64,000 nucleotides of DNA from a virus: IMG/VR virus record IMGVR_UViG_3300045988_167206, positions 64,001-128,000 of that record; one strand, given 5' to 3'. The notes below the pieces were generated by a model. That model ran no database searches. It had not been told where the DNA came from and worked only from the letters and a program-made list of their open reading frames with translations. Made by a program: the position numbers and the translations under genes. Within the stretch, counting starts at the first letter, position 1; each line of letters starts with the position of its first letter. This document shows positions 50,315 to 59,903 of the stretch, piece by piece.

Positions 50315-50779
50315 TTATTCGCTAATCTTTAGCTTTCTATTTTCACAAGTTACAGTTTTTTCGGCTTCAGGAGTACCGGTAAATCCTTCTGCGGATACTT
50401 CGAAAACATCACCTGTATGAAGAGCATATCCACGAACAGTATCACCTTTTGCATTATAGAAATTTGATTCTTTTTTCCATGTGTTTGTCCAATCTTCAGC
50501 AATAAATGCCTGCATATAAACAAACAGAGCATCTCCTGGCTCAACAACCTCTACGTACCAATTTCCATTTGCAGCCTGCTTCTGAATTTTTCCTTCAAAT
50601 TCAGTTACGGTTCCTTCCTCGTATAAATCAAGATCAAGGAATTTTCCTTTAGCAACTAACTGACCATTATCTGTATCATTTTTTAGCTCAATATTATAAA
50701 TGTGCTCTCCACCCTGCTGTGCAACAAGCTTAGATGGAAACGCAATAGCATGTTTTTCAATTGCATATTTAATAGCCAT
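50315..50779 (-). CDS. hypothetical head protein (154 aa; decoration or scaffold accessory)
   Basis: Lies immediately upstream of the capsid gene. No motif recognised. Confidence 0.4.
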   Translation of the reverse strand: MAIKYAIEKHAIAFPSKLVAQQGGEHIYNIELKNDTDNGQLVAKGKFLDLDLYEEGTVTEFEGKIQKQAANGNWYVEVVEPGDALFVYMQAFIAEDWTNTWKKESNFYNAKGDTVRGYALHTGDVFEVSAEGFTGTPEAEKTVTCENRKLKISE

Positions 50780-50809
50780 TTTTTTTAGCTCCTTTCATAT
50801 TTTTAGGCA

Positions 50810-50837
50810 TAAAAATAAGATCAGAATTTCTGATCTT
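50810..50837 (-). terminator. terminator-like hairpin after the 516-aa gene
   Basis: 9-bp stem AAGATCAGA/TCTGATCTT (50817-50825 / 50829-50837), then ATTTTTAT on minus. Confidence 0.55.
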
Positions 50838-50885
50838 AAATAAAGTTAAATAAAACTAACTCAACAATATAAAAATTACTTATTT

Positions 50886-52436
50886 TTATTTGACAGAAAA
50901 TAAAGAACCGAATTTATTCTTTTTCTGTGTAGATTTAACATTTGCAAGACCAACTTTTGCAGCTGGTTTCTTTGTATTAACTGGTTCTTCAATTGCAGAA
51001 AAGTTAAGTTTTCCAGCTTTTGCGTAAGACAAAAGAATACCATCTAATTTTTCTTTTAACTCATCTACTGTAAATTCCTTATGATCGTTCATAAGAGTAG
51101 TGAATTCTTCAGTCTCTTTGATTCCTTTATAGTCATCTATTGCAAATAAAGCATCCTTATTTGCATCTTCCTCAGCCTTTTCGTATTTCTGCAGTTTCTC
51201 AGAAATAGCAGCATAATTTGAACGCATACTCTGAAGTTCAGAATACTCAGAATCCGTTAAAAGTTCACGATGAAGATTATATCTTTCACCATCAAAAGCA
51301 ACATTATCACCATCTTTTGTATAGTTCTGTCCGTAGATTTTATCTCCATCCCAATTTTCATATGTAAAATGAGAGTCATATACTGAATTAATAAAATACC
51401 ATTCATTATCAGCTTCTTCATAAGAATCAAGAAGAGTATAAAGCGCATAACGAATATCACTATGAGATAACTCAAAAGATTTTACAAAATTCTCTGGTTC
51501 CTGTTCTGGATTATTTTCTTCGAATGCTTTAGCAAAAGCAGATTCCAGTTCTTCATCTGATAGATCTTTATATTCAAATGTAACATCTTCTACGGTTTTA
51601 CCGTATTTCTGTAAAAGTTCTTCAAATTTATTCACCTGATTCTCCTCCTTTCCTTCAGCATTATTTATATTGAAATTAGAGAGAGTAGTGTTAATTTTCT
51701 CTAATGTTTCAACCAATTTAGAATTAATATCAAAATCTACATACATAGAATTTTTCTTAGAATCAAAATCAGCAAGCTGAACATTACTTCCGGCCATACC
51801 TGGTCCAACATTTTCATTAAGAAGAGTAAGCCCACCTACATAATAATCATCAAGGTTTAATACTTTATCTTTGGCATTAAATGACAACTCGCGAATACTT
51901 AATTCAACACTACAATCAACTTTTTCTCTTCGTTCCATAATATCGACAGCATCCTGGCAATATCCTTCCCAAAGATAACCTTGAATCATAGCTCTGTTTA
52001 CACCGGCTTCTTTATCATATTCAATACTATAATCTTTCTTAATTACACCAACTGGACGTTCCTGATAGATAAATGTTTCATTTCCGTCTTCATCTGTCTC
52101 GACAGTAAAATCATGGGATCCGAAATCTTTGTTTCCGTCAGCATTTTCAATAATGTTAGCCAAGATTGGTCTATATGGAATCGATTGAGTATTTTCCTCA
52201 AAGACATCTTCATTAATATTAGATTTATTTAAATTTACATGATCGTGATAGGCAGCTGCGACAAATGGCTTTAAGCCTTCTGTATGCTTATTATCATCAG
52301 ATTCTCCAAATGTAGCTACGGCAGGCATCTGAACACAAATTTCTGCGTTTGATTCTTTACTGCTAAATTTTGCAAAATTATTTTGTATACAAAATTCAAT
52401 TAAATCGTCAATAGTTAAATATTTCTTTTTAATCAT
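50886..52436 (-). CDS. putative prohead protease/scaffolding fusion (516 aa)
   Basis: Lies between the portal and capsid genes. The N-terminal third has an XkdF/prohead-protease-like look (FGSHDF...PVGVI...CSVELSIRELSF). The C-terminal two thirds are acidic and helical, like a scaffold. Weak by-eye call. Confidence 0.4.
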   Translation of the reverse strand: MIKKKYLTIDDLIEFCIQNNFAKFSSKESNAEICVQMPAVATFGESDDNKHTEGLKPFVAAAYHDHVNLNKSNINEDVFEENTQSIPYRPILANIIENADGNKDFGSHDFTVETDEDGNETFIYQERPVGVIKKDYSIEYDKEAGVNRAMIQGYLWEGYCQDAVDIMERREKVDCSVELSIRELSFNAKDKVLNLDDYYVGGLTLLNENVGPGMAGSNVQLADFDSKKNSMYVDFDINSKLVETLEKINTTLSNFNINNAEGKEENQVNKFEELLQKYGKTVEDVTFEYKDLSDEELESAFAKAFEENNPEQEPENFVKSFELSHSDIRYALYTLLDSYEEADNEWYFINSVYDSHFTYENWDGDKIYGQNYTKDGDNVAFDGERYNLHRELLTDSEYSELQSMRSNYAAISEKLQKYEKAEEDANKDALFAIDDYKGIKETEEFTTLMNDHKEFTVDELKEKLDGILLSYAKAGKLNFSAIEEPVNTKKPAAKVGLANVKSTQKKNKFGSLFSVK

Positions 52437-52456
52437 AGTTCCTCCTTTCTTTGAGT

Positions 52457-52486
52457 ATAAAAATACTCCTCAAATAGAAGAGGAGT
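52457..52486 (-). terminator. terminator-like hairpin
   Basis: Stem ACTCCTC/GAGGAGT (52465-52471 / 52480-52486), then ATTTTTAT on minus. Confidence 0.55.
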
Positions 52487-52488
52487 GA

Positions 52489-52677
52489 TTAAATACATAA
52501 AGTATTTGTATATACAAGGCCACTTAAATTATTAAATAGCATCTTGGCATCATTTAAAAAAATCCATTGATCTCCATCTTGTTTTAATAATTTAAAACCA
52601 GTTTTTAATAAGAGATCTGCGGATTCATCATTTTTAGTAATTATAAATTTTGATTCATTATTTATCATATAATTCAT
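52489..52677 (-). CDS. hypothetical protein (62 aa)
   Basis: Short ORF 5 nt downstream of the portal gene. Confidence 0.35.
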   Translation of the reverse strand: MNYMINNESKFIITKNDESADLLLKTGFKLLKQDGDQWIFLNDAKMLFNNLSGLVYTNTLCI

Positions 52678-52682
52678 CCATC

Positions 52683-54266
52683 CTAATTTTTCTTATCTTG
52701 TTTATCTCTACTTGCTTCGCCATCGTCAGTAATACTCGAATCATCTTTTGTAGGTGCACCTCCAGTATCTGAAGAGCCAGACTGAGTATATGATGTTTGA
52801 AGAGGAACTAAAAGTCCTGATAGTCTAAGAACTTGCTCTTCTAAGAAATTAAGTGCAAGAGTATCTTTTTCAGAAAATTGATTTAAAGTATTATAAGCCA
52901 ATTTTGTCGGAAGTCCGTTTTGTGCACCAACCAATAATTCTTGTTTGAATTCACCTTTTGTGTAGGCACTCACTTCAAAAAATTTAACTTTGGCAGGAGT
53001 GGATACCCAATATGTTAAAAAGCGATTGACCCATCCCTGGGTCTCCGGCAATAACATTGAAATTGCCATTTCTGTATCAGCTTTTACCGCAGCTGAAAAT
53101 GCTGTGGTTCCAGAAATGCTTGCACTGTTTAATATTTGTGCACCACCAGAACTATTAAATAAAGTTTCTGTGGATTTTGCTATTTTATTTGTATCGGTAG
53201 CTTTGTCGTTATTAAATGAAATTTGATCAAGTTTACCAGGAATAATGGCAGCGGAAGTATATTCAGGTAAAGCCTCGCTGATCATCCTATTAAAGTACTC
53301 AATAACAATATCTGGTGTAATTTTCCAATCATCAACGTTATCACTGCCAGTAATCGTTTCAAGCTCTAACCAAATCATTTTGTAAATGTCTTGCTGATCT
53401 GCAATTGCCTGTAAATCATCAAGATCAATAAGATTAATAATTCCAGAAAGTAATCCAGAAAATGGAGGAACAACAGTTTCCCAATCTTCAGCTCTGGCTT
53501 TTAAGCATACCGCATATTCATCTGGCATAGGTTGCCATTTTCCATTTGTTGTATCGTTTTCATATGCGCGATACATTGATTGGAATGGTTCTCCCCATAA
53601 TTCAAGGACAGTCTGCCTTGATCTAAAATAACTCATATCCATTGAGAAAGCATAATCTCCAGTATTATAAGCTCCGGAAATTTTACAATAATCAGGATCA
53701 AGTGGGAGAATAAATAATCCTTGATCCTCATCATAAAATGCACATCCATAAAATACATCTTCACGGAAGCATACCATATAAGCTTTTAACATTTCATATT
53801 GAAGATGCATCTTATCAAGAATATTAAGTGTATCCTGGTAAGATGATAACATAGCATTGGCATCGCCACCATTTACTAAATCATAATCTGGGATAACTGA
53901 ACGAGCGTCCAAACAGAACATATTTGCATTATAAGCAATCAATCTGTAATAAGCATGACATCTATAATACAAATACCTAGAAAGATTTCGAAGGTTCTTT
54001 TCATTTGAACCGATATTTTTAAGATAAGTTCTGAGACTATCCTTACTGAATGCAGTAATAGTAGTAGTGCTTGTCTTAGTAACATCTCTAAGTCCTCGTG
54101 CACCCTCCATTGCAGCAGCATAATTTTCAATATCTCTATGATTTTTTGAGTACCAATCTTTAATTTCAGCAATTGAACTTTGCTGAGTAGGTGCCGGGTC
54201 CAACTTTTTAGCTGTTGGAACCTTGCTATTAGCACTAATTCGTCTTCTTTTCATTCTTTGTGCCAA
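52683..54266 (-). CDS. portal protein candidate (527 aa)
   Basis: Size and position directly after the large terminase, with an acidic C-terminal tail. The family was not verified. Confidence 0.65.
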   Translation of the reverse strand: MAQRMKRRRISANSKVPTAKKLDPAPTQQSSIAEIKDWYSKNHRDIENYAAAMEGARGLRDVTKTSTTTITAFSKDSLRTYLKNIGSNEKNLRNLSRYLYYRCHAYYRLIAYNANMFCLDARSVIPDYDLVNGGDANAMLSSYQDTLNILDKMHLQYEMLKAYMVCFREDVFYGCAFYDEDQGLFILPLDPDYCKISGAYNTGDYAFSMDMSYFRSRQTVLELWGEPFQSMYRAYENDTTNGKWQPMPDEYAVCLKARAEDWETVVPPFSGLLSGIINLIDLDDLQAIADQQDIYKMIWLELETITGSDNVDDWKITPDIVIEYFNRMISEALPEYTSAAIIPGKLDQISFNNDKATDTNKIAKSTETLFNSSGGAQILNSASISGTTAFSAAVKADTEMAISMLLPETQGWVNRFLTYWVSTPAKVKFFEVSAYTKGEFKQELLVGAQNGLPTKLAYNTLNQFSEKDTLALNFLEEQVLRLSGLLVPLQTSYTQSGSSDTGGAPTKDDSSITDDGEASRDKQDKKN

Positions 54267-54286
54267 AGATTCAGCACCTCCTTCGT

Positions 54287-56341
54287 TTAATCATCAAACA
54301 TAGATCCAATTCGTCCTTTACGAATAGTAAGAAGCTGCACTAGAGATTTGTCAGCAGTTGGACGTTTCTTATTCGTAATAAATTTTCTACGCTCACATTG
54401 AAGAGCATAAGAGCACATTGCTGTTACATAAGCTCTATCATCATGAAGCTTAGTACGTTTTTCCGGACATAATTCAAAAGAGTCTTTTCCAGACTCTCGT
54501 TTAATACGGATCATATTTACAAGTTCTTCTTTTGTAGCATCAATACTAGCAAGTGATTTTTGTTCTTGCCAGCTTAATTTTTCTATTTTACTTTTTACAT
54601 TTTGTAAATTATTCAAATCCTTCTGAACATTATAATCAATGTCCTCTGGACTCATTTTTTGTTTTTTATATTTAGCTTCAAGCTCTTTTTTAGCCTTATC
54701 ATACTTATCTTTGTCGATATCAAAAATAGTAAGATAATCTTTTCCATCATAATCTGCCGTAAACCCAATTTTATCCTGATTCATCAACTCAATCATTGCT
54801 TCATACATTTCTGATTTATATTGAGTAGGAGACATAAGATGAATTTTATTTACTGCATTTGGGAATTTTTTAACATATTCTTCAGAATATTCTTTATCAA
54901 TTAAACCACGATGTTTTTTTCCATCTTTACCTTTCCAGTCAGGCATAAGATAATCTGCAATATTTACACCTGCTCCACCAGATCCAGCATCAATATAAAT
55001 TCCTAAAATATTGCTATAGGAGTCATCGCCGCCTTGATTATAATCAAGAATAACTTCTTTTAAATAATCAACTTGATCAGGAGTCTGCATAGGTGTTTTT
55101 CGCTTAGTTTCAATATCAATGAGATTAATACAATTTAATAATTTCATTTTGTATTCTGAATCACCATTTTGATCTTTATCTACGTATATTTCTGCTACTA
55201 AAATAACAGAATTATCTCGACTACGAGCAGGGTCATAAGCTATAACAATTTTTCTCTGTCCGGTATCATTATACAAAATAGGTCTTCTTATCTCAGAATT
55301 CCTTGCAATAACACCTCTTCGAATAATAGCATTTGCTCCAGCGTCAGAAGTGAACTCACAGTAATATTCTCTACGAGCTTTTTCAGGATTTGAACGCATA
55401 GCTGCCTCGACTGTAGATTTCGTAAGAAGCGGAGCCATAACTTGGCCACGAATTGTAGGTCTGAATGCAACTTCACAATCAATATGAGCGACAAAATAAT
55501 CTGGATCGCCCATAAGCTGCCTTTTACTAAAATCTCTATATAACTTATAAAATTCTGTATCTGTAGAAGAAGCAGAAGAGATATAAAATAATTGGTTTGG
55601 AATATTCGATGGAATACATCTTAGACGGTTTATATCAATAGAATTACCATCACGGTCTTTACCAGATTTGAAACTTTTATTAACAATTGCGAATGCGCCG
55701 TAAGTCTGAAGCATTTCATCAGAAAGCCATCCACATTCATCAAAGATTACATTACCACGCATTCCTCTTTTTTTATCAATATTACTATTAAGTGTTTGAG
55801 TAAATGCGCCATTATATAAGCTATATGAAAATCCATTAGAAGAGTGGCTAAATCCATCTCCGGCAGCATTCTTTATTTCAATTTCTGCCTTAAATATATA
55901 ACCTGTAGAACCAAGCATGGTATCAATATTATCATTCGCAATTCTTTCAAGTGTCGTAAAGGTTTGTTCAGCCTGCGATCCCGATCCTGAAGCAATGTAT
56001 GTCCAATAGTTATTAAATAGCATATCTTTGGCCATTACCATAATATCTATTAGTGTAGATTTTCCAAATCCACGGGTACAAACCAATAATACATTTGGAC
56101 AATTCCAAGATCGTTGAATAATCCATGCCTGAGAATCTAACAATTCAATATTAAAAAAATCATTTATAAAACGTACTGGATTACATTGATAATATTTTTG
56201 GAGATTTGCAATTTTTATAAAGCCTTCCAGTTTTCTGGACGACATTGGATAAACTCCAGGTTTTACAAAAATCTTATCTCCTTGTTCGCAATAATCAAGT
56301 TTCGGAAGCCGGTTCATCCGTCTCGGATCCATCATCGGCAT
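54287..56341 (-). CDS. terL: terminase large subunit (684 aa)
   Basis: Walker A is CTRGFGKST and Walker B is GNVIFDECGW. A C-terminal nuclease-like region follows (IVIAYDPA...IYIDAGSGGAG...HDDRAY). The start may be the ATG at 56335, which has better spacing from GAGGT. Confidence 0.85.
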   Translation of the reverse strand: MPMMDPRRMNRLPKLDYCEQGDKIFVKPGVYPMSSRKLEGFIKIANLQKYYQCNPVRFINDFFNIELLDSQAWIIQRSWNCPNVLLVCTRGFGKSTLIDIMVMAKDMLFNNYWTYIASGSGSQAEQTFTTLERIANDNIDTMLGSTGYIFKAEIEIKNAAGDGFSHSSNGFSYSLYNGAFTQTLNSNIDKKRGMRGNVIFDECGWLSDEMLQTYGAFAIVNKSFKSGKDRDGNSIDINRLRCIPSNIPNQLFYISSASSTDTEFYKLYRDFSKRQLMGDPDYFVAHIDCEVAFRPTIRGQVMAPLLTKSTVEAAMRSNPEKARREYYCEFTSDAGANAIIRRGVIARNSEIRRPILYNDTGQRKIVIAYDPARSRDNSVILVAEIYVDKDQNGDSEYKMKLLNCINLIDIETKRKTPMQTPDQVDYLKEVILDYNQGGDDSYSNILGIYIDAGSGGAGVNIADYLMPDWKGKDGKKHRGLIDKEYSEEYVKKFPNAVNKIHLMSPTQYKSEMYEAMIELMNQDKIGFTADYDGKDYLTIFDIDKDKYDKAKKELEAKYKKQKMSPEDIDYNVQKDLNNLQNVKSKIEKLSWQEQKSLASIDATKEELVNMIRIKRESGKDSFELCPEKRTKLHDDRAYVTAMCSYALQCERRKFITNKKRPTADKSLVQLLTIRKGRIGSMFDD

Positions 56342-57596
56342 CTACCTCATCTTCTAGTGACCCAAAGCAAGAATATAAGTCATTTAGATCAACTAAATCT
56401 GTAGGTTTAATCAATCCTTCTTCTTGCATATAATCTTTGAGATCAATATTTTCACGTAATAAAATACGTGAAATTTCTTTATAATTATCTAAATCAGTAC
56501 GTAAATTTGTGATCATTTGTCGCTGTTCTGCAACCATATCAGACCATTCAGATTCATCTAGACGTAATGCCTTTAATATAGAAGCATTACTCATATCCAT
56601 TACTTGTTGCATGCCTCGACAAGTTCCAATATCAAATCCGTTAACCTCACCTTCGCGAAGATTTAAGTCTTTTATTTTTTTGATTTTTCCGGTCCATGTA
56701 TTTTCGCCCTTTTTGGCATTTTTATTATTCTTTAAAGAAATACAGCTTTCAGCTGCCAAATCTTTTATAATAGTAGTTAGATCTTTTTTACTTTGCTGTA
56801 GGGATTTTATTGTAGCAGAATTATTTTTTAATTTATGAATATCAGACATATATGTAGAAATAGCATTGTCAATTTTAGACTGCTGAAGAAATGCTCGCAC
56901 AATAGAAATAGCAGAAGCAGTACGCATCATATCATCATTGGCATCTTCACTTGAATCAAGAAGTCCAAGTAATTGAGAATATAAAAACGGCTGATCAGAA
57001 ATAGCTTCTTTTTCGAATGGATCATAGCCAAGCAATCGAACTACATCATTTTTATTTTTCGTAAAACTACTATATGTATCCTGATTTTCACGACCTTTTA
57101 CCACATCGTCTGTAGTTTTTTCATCTTCATATACAATTTTTTCTTTGAATAAGTCAGAATCAGAAAATGTGTATCCGATATATTGTGGCATCGAAACATT
57201 TTTTATATACGAAGTCCAAGCATTTGTTTTGGATTTTCCTGTGATAGAATTTTCTGATTCTTGAATACTAGAATTGTAAAGACTTTCATAGAATGGTTTA
57301 TTTAGATATCTGAGAGCTTGAATAATAGATTCTTTTGTTGGTTCATGTTCTTCACCATTAACATCAATTCGTAATGCAATTTTTCTTGCACAATCCATGC
57401 AAATTGGAGAACATCCTGATTCACATAACGGATCGGTATTTTTATAAAATTTATCTTTTTTTTTAGGTTTTCCACATAGAAAACACCAAGCAGTGTTTTC
57501 TTTATAATTATTATTTTCGATTTCTAATTCTTTAATTCGGTTTCTCATTTGGGTCGGAGTCATCTTGACTTGCCCAGTTTCTTTTGTTGCTGCCAT
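56295..57596 (-). CDS. zinc-finger protein upstream of terL (433 aa); possible small terminase/packaging accessory
   Basis: The call rests on position and the overlap with terL. The N-terminus has a coiled coil plus CFLCGK...CESGCSPICMDC. Function is inferred from synteny only. Confidence 0.3.
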   Translation of the reverse strand: MAATKETGQVKMTPTQMRNRIKELEIENNNYKENTAWCFLCGKPKKKDKFYKNTDPLCESGCSPICMDCARKIALRIDVNGEEHEPTKESIIQALRYLNKPFYESLYNSSIQESENSITGKSKTNAWTSYIKNVSMPQYIGYTFSDSDLFKEKIVYEDEKTTDDVVKGRENQDTYSSFTKNKNDVVRLLGYDPFEKEAISDQPFLYSQLLGLLDSSEDANDDMMRTASAISIVRAFLQQSKIDNAISTYMSDIHKLKNNSATIKSLQQSKKDLTTIIKDLAAESCISLKNNKNAKKGENTWTGKIKKIKDLNLREGEVNGFDIGTCRGMQQVMDMSNASILKALRLDESEWSDMVAEQRQMITNLRTDLDNYKEISRILLRENIDLKDYMQEEGLIKPTDLVDLNDLYSCFGSLEDEVDADDGSETDEPASET

Positions 57597-57620
57597 AACA
57601 ACTCCTCCTTGTATTCGTAA

Positions 57621-57695
57621 TGGATATAGTAGGACTCGAACCTACAAAAGCCTGATCCTAAGTCAGGTGCGTCTGCCAAATTGCGCCATACATCC
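57621..57695 (-). tRNA. tRNA with anticodon UAG (Leu-type) but a short variable arm
   Basis: Hand-folded cloverleaf:
- acceptor stem GGATGTA/TATATCC
- anticodon arm CCTGA-CTTAGGA-TCAGG
- 5-nt variable loop
- T arm GTAGG-TTCGAGT-CCTAC
- A73 discriminator, and no encoded CCA. Confidence 0.7.
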
Positions 57696-57700
57696 AGAGA

Positions 57701-57720
57701 AGGACAGTAAAGACTGTCCT
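57701..57720 (-). terminator. stem-loop between the phosphoesterase gene and the tRNA (terminator or processing hairpin)
   Basis: 8-bp stem AGGACAGT/ACTGTCCT with a 4-nt loop. The U-tract is poor. Confidence 0.3.
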
Positions 57721-57769
57721 GTAAAGAAATGTATAATATAAGCAGCAACGCCACTCGTATTATTTAAAT

Positions 57770-58957
57770 TTAATTTAATTTATATTTATGTTCGTCAACA
57801 ATACCATCGGTTTTATCAAATACAAACATTGATGCACCGGCATTAGCTGTTTTTCCAAGAGTCTCACTATATGGATTAAGTCCAATTATAGATCGAACAC
57901 TTATTGCTTCTGAATTTACTCCACCTTCTTCTGAAAATGAAGAGTGCCAATGTCCACTAAATAAATAATCAAATGGTACTTTATACATTTTTGATAAAGA
58001 TTTTAACTTGTCATTTAACTGCTTAGTCTCAAAATGTCCACCAATACAAGTGTGGCAAGCAAGTTGCGAATAAGCTAATCCTGTTGGATTTTCAATAATA
58101 GTGATATTATCATTGCCTTTTAATCTAGCTTTAATTAAGGTAAGCATGGATTTACTCATATCCTCATCCTTAAATGCGTCTTTTGGCTGCCCAACTAAGC
58201 GTAGCTGATTATGATTTGACCTTTTTACCATCTGAAATTTGATAATTACATGTTTACTTAATTCATTGAGCCATTCTGAAATAAAATTTGCATACAAAAT
58301 AGAAGAGTCGATAACTCCATATTTTAGAGTCATAAGCTGTGAATTAGCCCTTAAAATTCCTTCTAAAGCATCACCAAGATCCCAAATATGTAAAACCTTA
58401 ATATCGTCTTTATCAATTTGCTCTACTACTTTATAATATAATTCCCACATTCGTTGCTCAAAAATTTCAGGGCTATATTTATTAAGTGTATACCCGTAAA
58501 TATCTTTAATATCAAATTCAACGCCATAATGTGCGTCAGAAATAACTAATAAATAATCTTTACTGGTTACAAAAGGTTTAGTGATTATATTTTTAGGTAA
58601 TGTAACAGGTTTAATTTTTTCAATCGCTTCAACAATTTTTTCCGTAATTAATTCATCACGAGAGTATTCTCGTAACCATTTATTAAATTCTAATTTTTCA
58701 CTCTGAAGTTTAATGCGTTCTTTTTTAATAGCTAATTCTTCAGGTAAAGTTGAAATAGAAGAGGATGGGACAATATCCCATCCTGCATCTACATATTCTA
58801 ATAATAATTTTGATCCTTTTCGTACAGTATCACGGTGTTCTGTTTCTCCAAGTGCATCTGCTCTAAAATCAGTTATATCTTGCCATTCAATTGAAGGATC
58901 TATTTGTTTACGCTTAATTAAATCAAGCTGTTGCTGTAAAAATTGATTGTTATCCAT
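57770..58957 (-). CDS. calcineurin-like metallophosphoesterase (395 aa)
   Basis: Ordered motifs are present: ISDAHYG (D-x-H), WDLGDALEG (GD-x-x-E), RSNHNQ (GNH-like), GGHFE and SGHWHS (GH-x-H). Confidence 0.7.
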   Translation of the reverse strand: MDNNQFLQQQLDLIKRKQIDPSIEWQDITDFRADALGETEHRDTVRKGSKLLLEYVDAGWDIVPSSSISTLPEELAIKKERIKLQSEKLEFNKWLREYSRDELITEKIVEAIEKIKPVTLPKNIITKPFVTSKDYLLVISDAHYGVEFDIKDIYGYTLNKYSPEIFEQRMWELYYKVVEQIDKDDIKVLHIWDLGDALEGILRANSQLMTLKYGVIDSSILYANFISEWLNELSKHVIIKFQMVKRSNHNQLRLVGQPKDAFKDEDMSKSMLTLIKARLKGNDNITIIENPTGLAYSQLACHTCIGGHFETKQLNDKLKSLSKMYKVPFDYLFSGHWHSSFSEEGGVNSEAISVRSIIGLNPYSETLGKTANAGASMFVFDKTDGIVDEHKYKLN

Positions 58958-58965
58958 ATTTCTCC

Positions 58966-59187
58966 TTAAAGTTTCATTCCATCGGTTGCAGATCCAGAGA
59001 TTTCATCCAGATCAATAGTTTCTTCTGTTTTAGTAGTAGTAGATAAGTCAAAAGGCATATCTCCATAAGCCTTTTTAAAAATTTCATTGATGTCGATAAT
59101 TTCACCTGTACTATCAACAAGCTGATCATCTACCACATGTAGTCCTTTAAGTTTTCCATCGTATTTTACAGTTTTTTTTAATTCCAT
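58966..59187 (-). CDS. hypothetical protein (73 aa from the preferred start)
   Basis: The preferred ATG is at 59187, after AAAGGAG. Confidence 0.4.
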   Translation of the reverse strand: MELKKTVKYDGKLKGLHVVDDQLVDSTGEIIDINEIFKKAYGDMPFDLSTTTKTEETIDLDEISGSATDGMKL

Positions 59188-59269
59188 TATTTTTCTCCTT
59201 TTATTCCTTGACATATTGAAATAATCAATATAAAATGTTATTAGTGAAAGTTTACAATAAAATGTCTTA

Positions 59270-59872
59270 TTAAAGAATATCGTCTAATTCAAGATCCTGG
59301 CCAATAATTCCATCGACAATTCCACGTTCTTTAGCTTCTTCAGCAAACATATAATATTCACGATCCTTAATTTCTTCAAGAAATTCTGCAGTCATATTTG
59401 AATGTTCGATCATAAACTTATTCATACGCTCTTCAAGTGTGTCATAGAATTTCTGAATATCTTTTCCTTTATTTGAAGAGCTGATGTATCCTGTTTGTCC
59501 ATCATGATGAAGAACTACGGTTCCCGGGAAACAATATCTTTTATGTCCAGCTGCTAAAATATAACAAGCCATAGAAGCACACCTTGCAAAACCTATTGTT
59601 ACAATAGGTGTTTTAGACGTACAGATAGTACCTAATACCTGATAACCACATACGACATCACCGCCGCAGGAATTAATATATATATAAATTTTTTTTCGTT
59701 TACTAATAGGAATATCTTTATCTTCTTTATTCCATTTCATAATCATAAGACATACATTTTCAATGACATTATCATCGATATCCTCATTCAAAATGATTTT
59801 ACGTTCATTTAAATGTTCTTTTATAATAGCATCATAAATGCAATCATCATCTTTTAATGTAAATAATTCCAT
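59270..59872 (-). CDS. clpP: ClpP-family serine protease (200 aa from the preferred start)
   Basis: YINSCGGDV, the catalytic-Ser context ARCASMACYILAAG, and His in VVLHHDGQ. The C-terminal KDREYYMFAEEAKERGIVDGI parallels the ClpP RD..f.sA.EA...GliD. The preferred ATG is at 59872, after GGAGAAAA. Confidence 0.75.
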   Translation of the reverse strand: MELFTLKDDDCIYDAIIKEHLNERKIILNEDIDDNVIENVCLMIMKWNKEDKDIPISKRKKIYIYINSCGGDVVCGYQVLGTICTSKTPIVTIGFARCASMACYILAAGHKRYCFPGTVVLHHDGQTGYISSSNKGKDIQKFYDTLEERMNKFMIEHSNMTAEFLEEIKDREYYMFAEEAKERGIVDGIIGQDLELDDIL

Positions 59873-59903
59873 TTTATTTTCTCCATGTTTTCCTAAATAT
59901 ATT

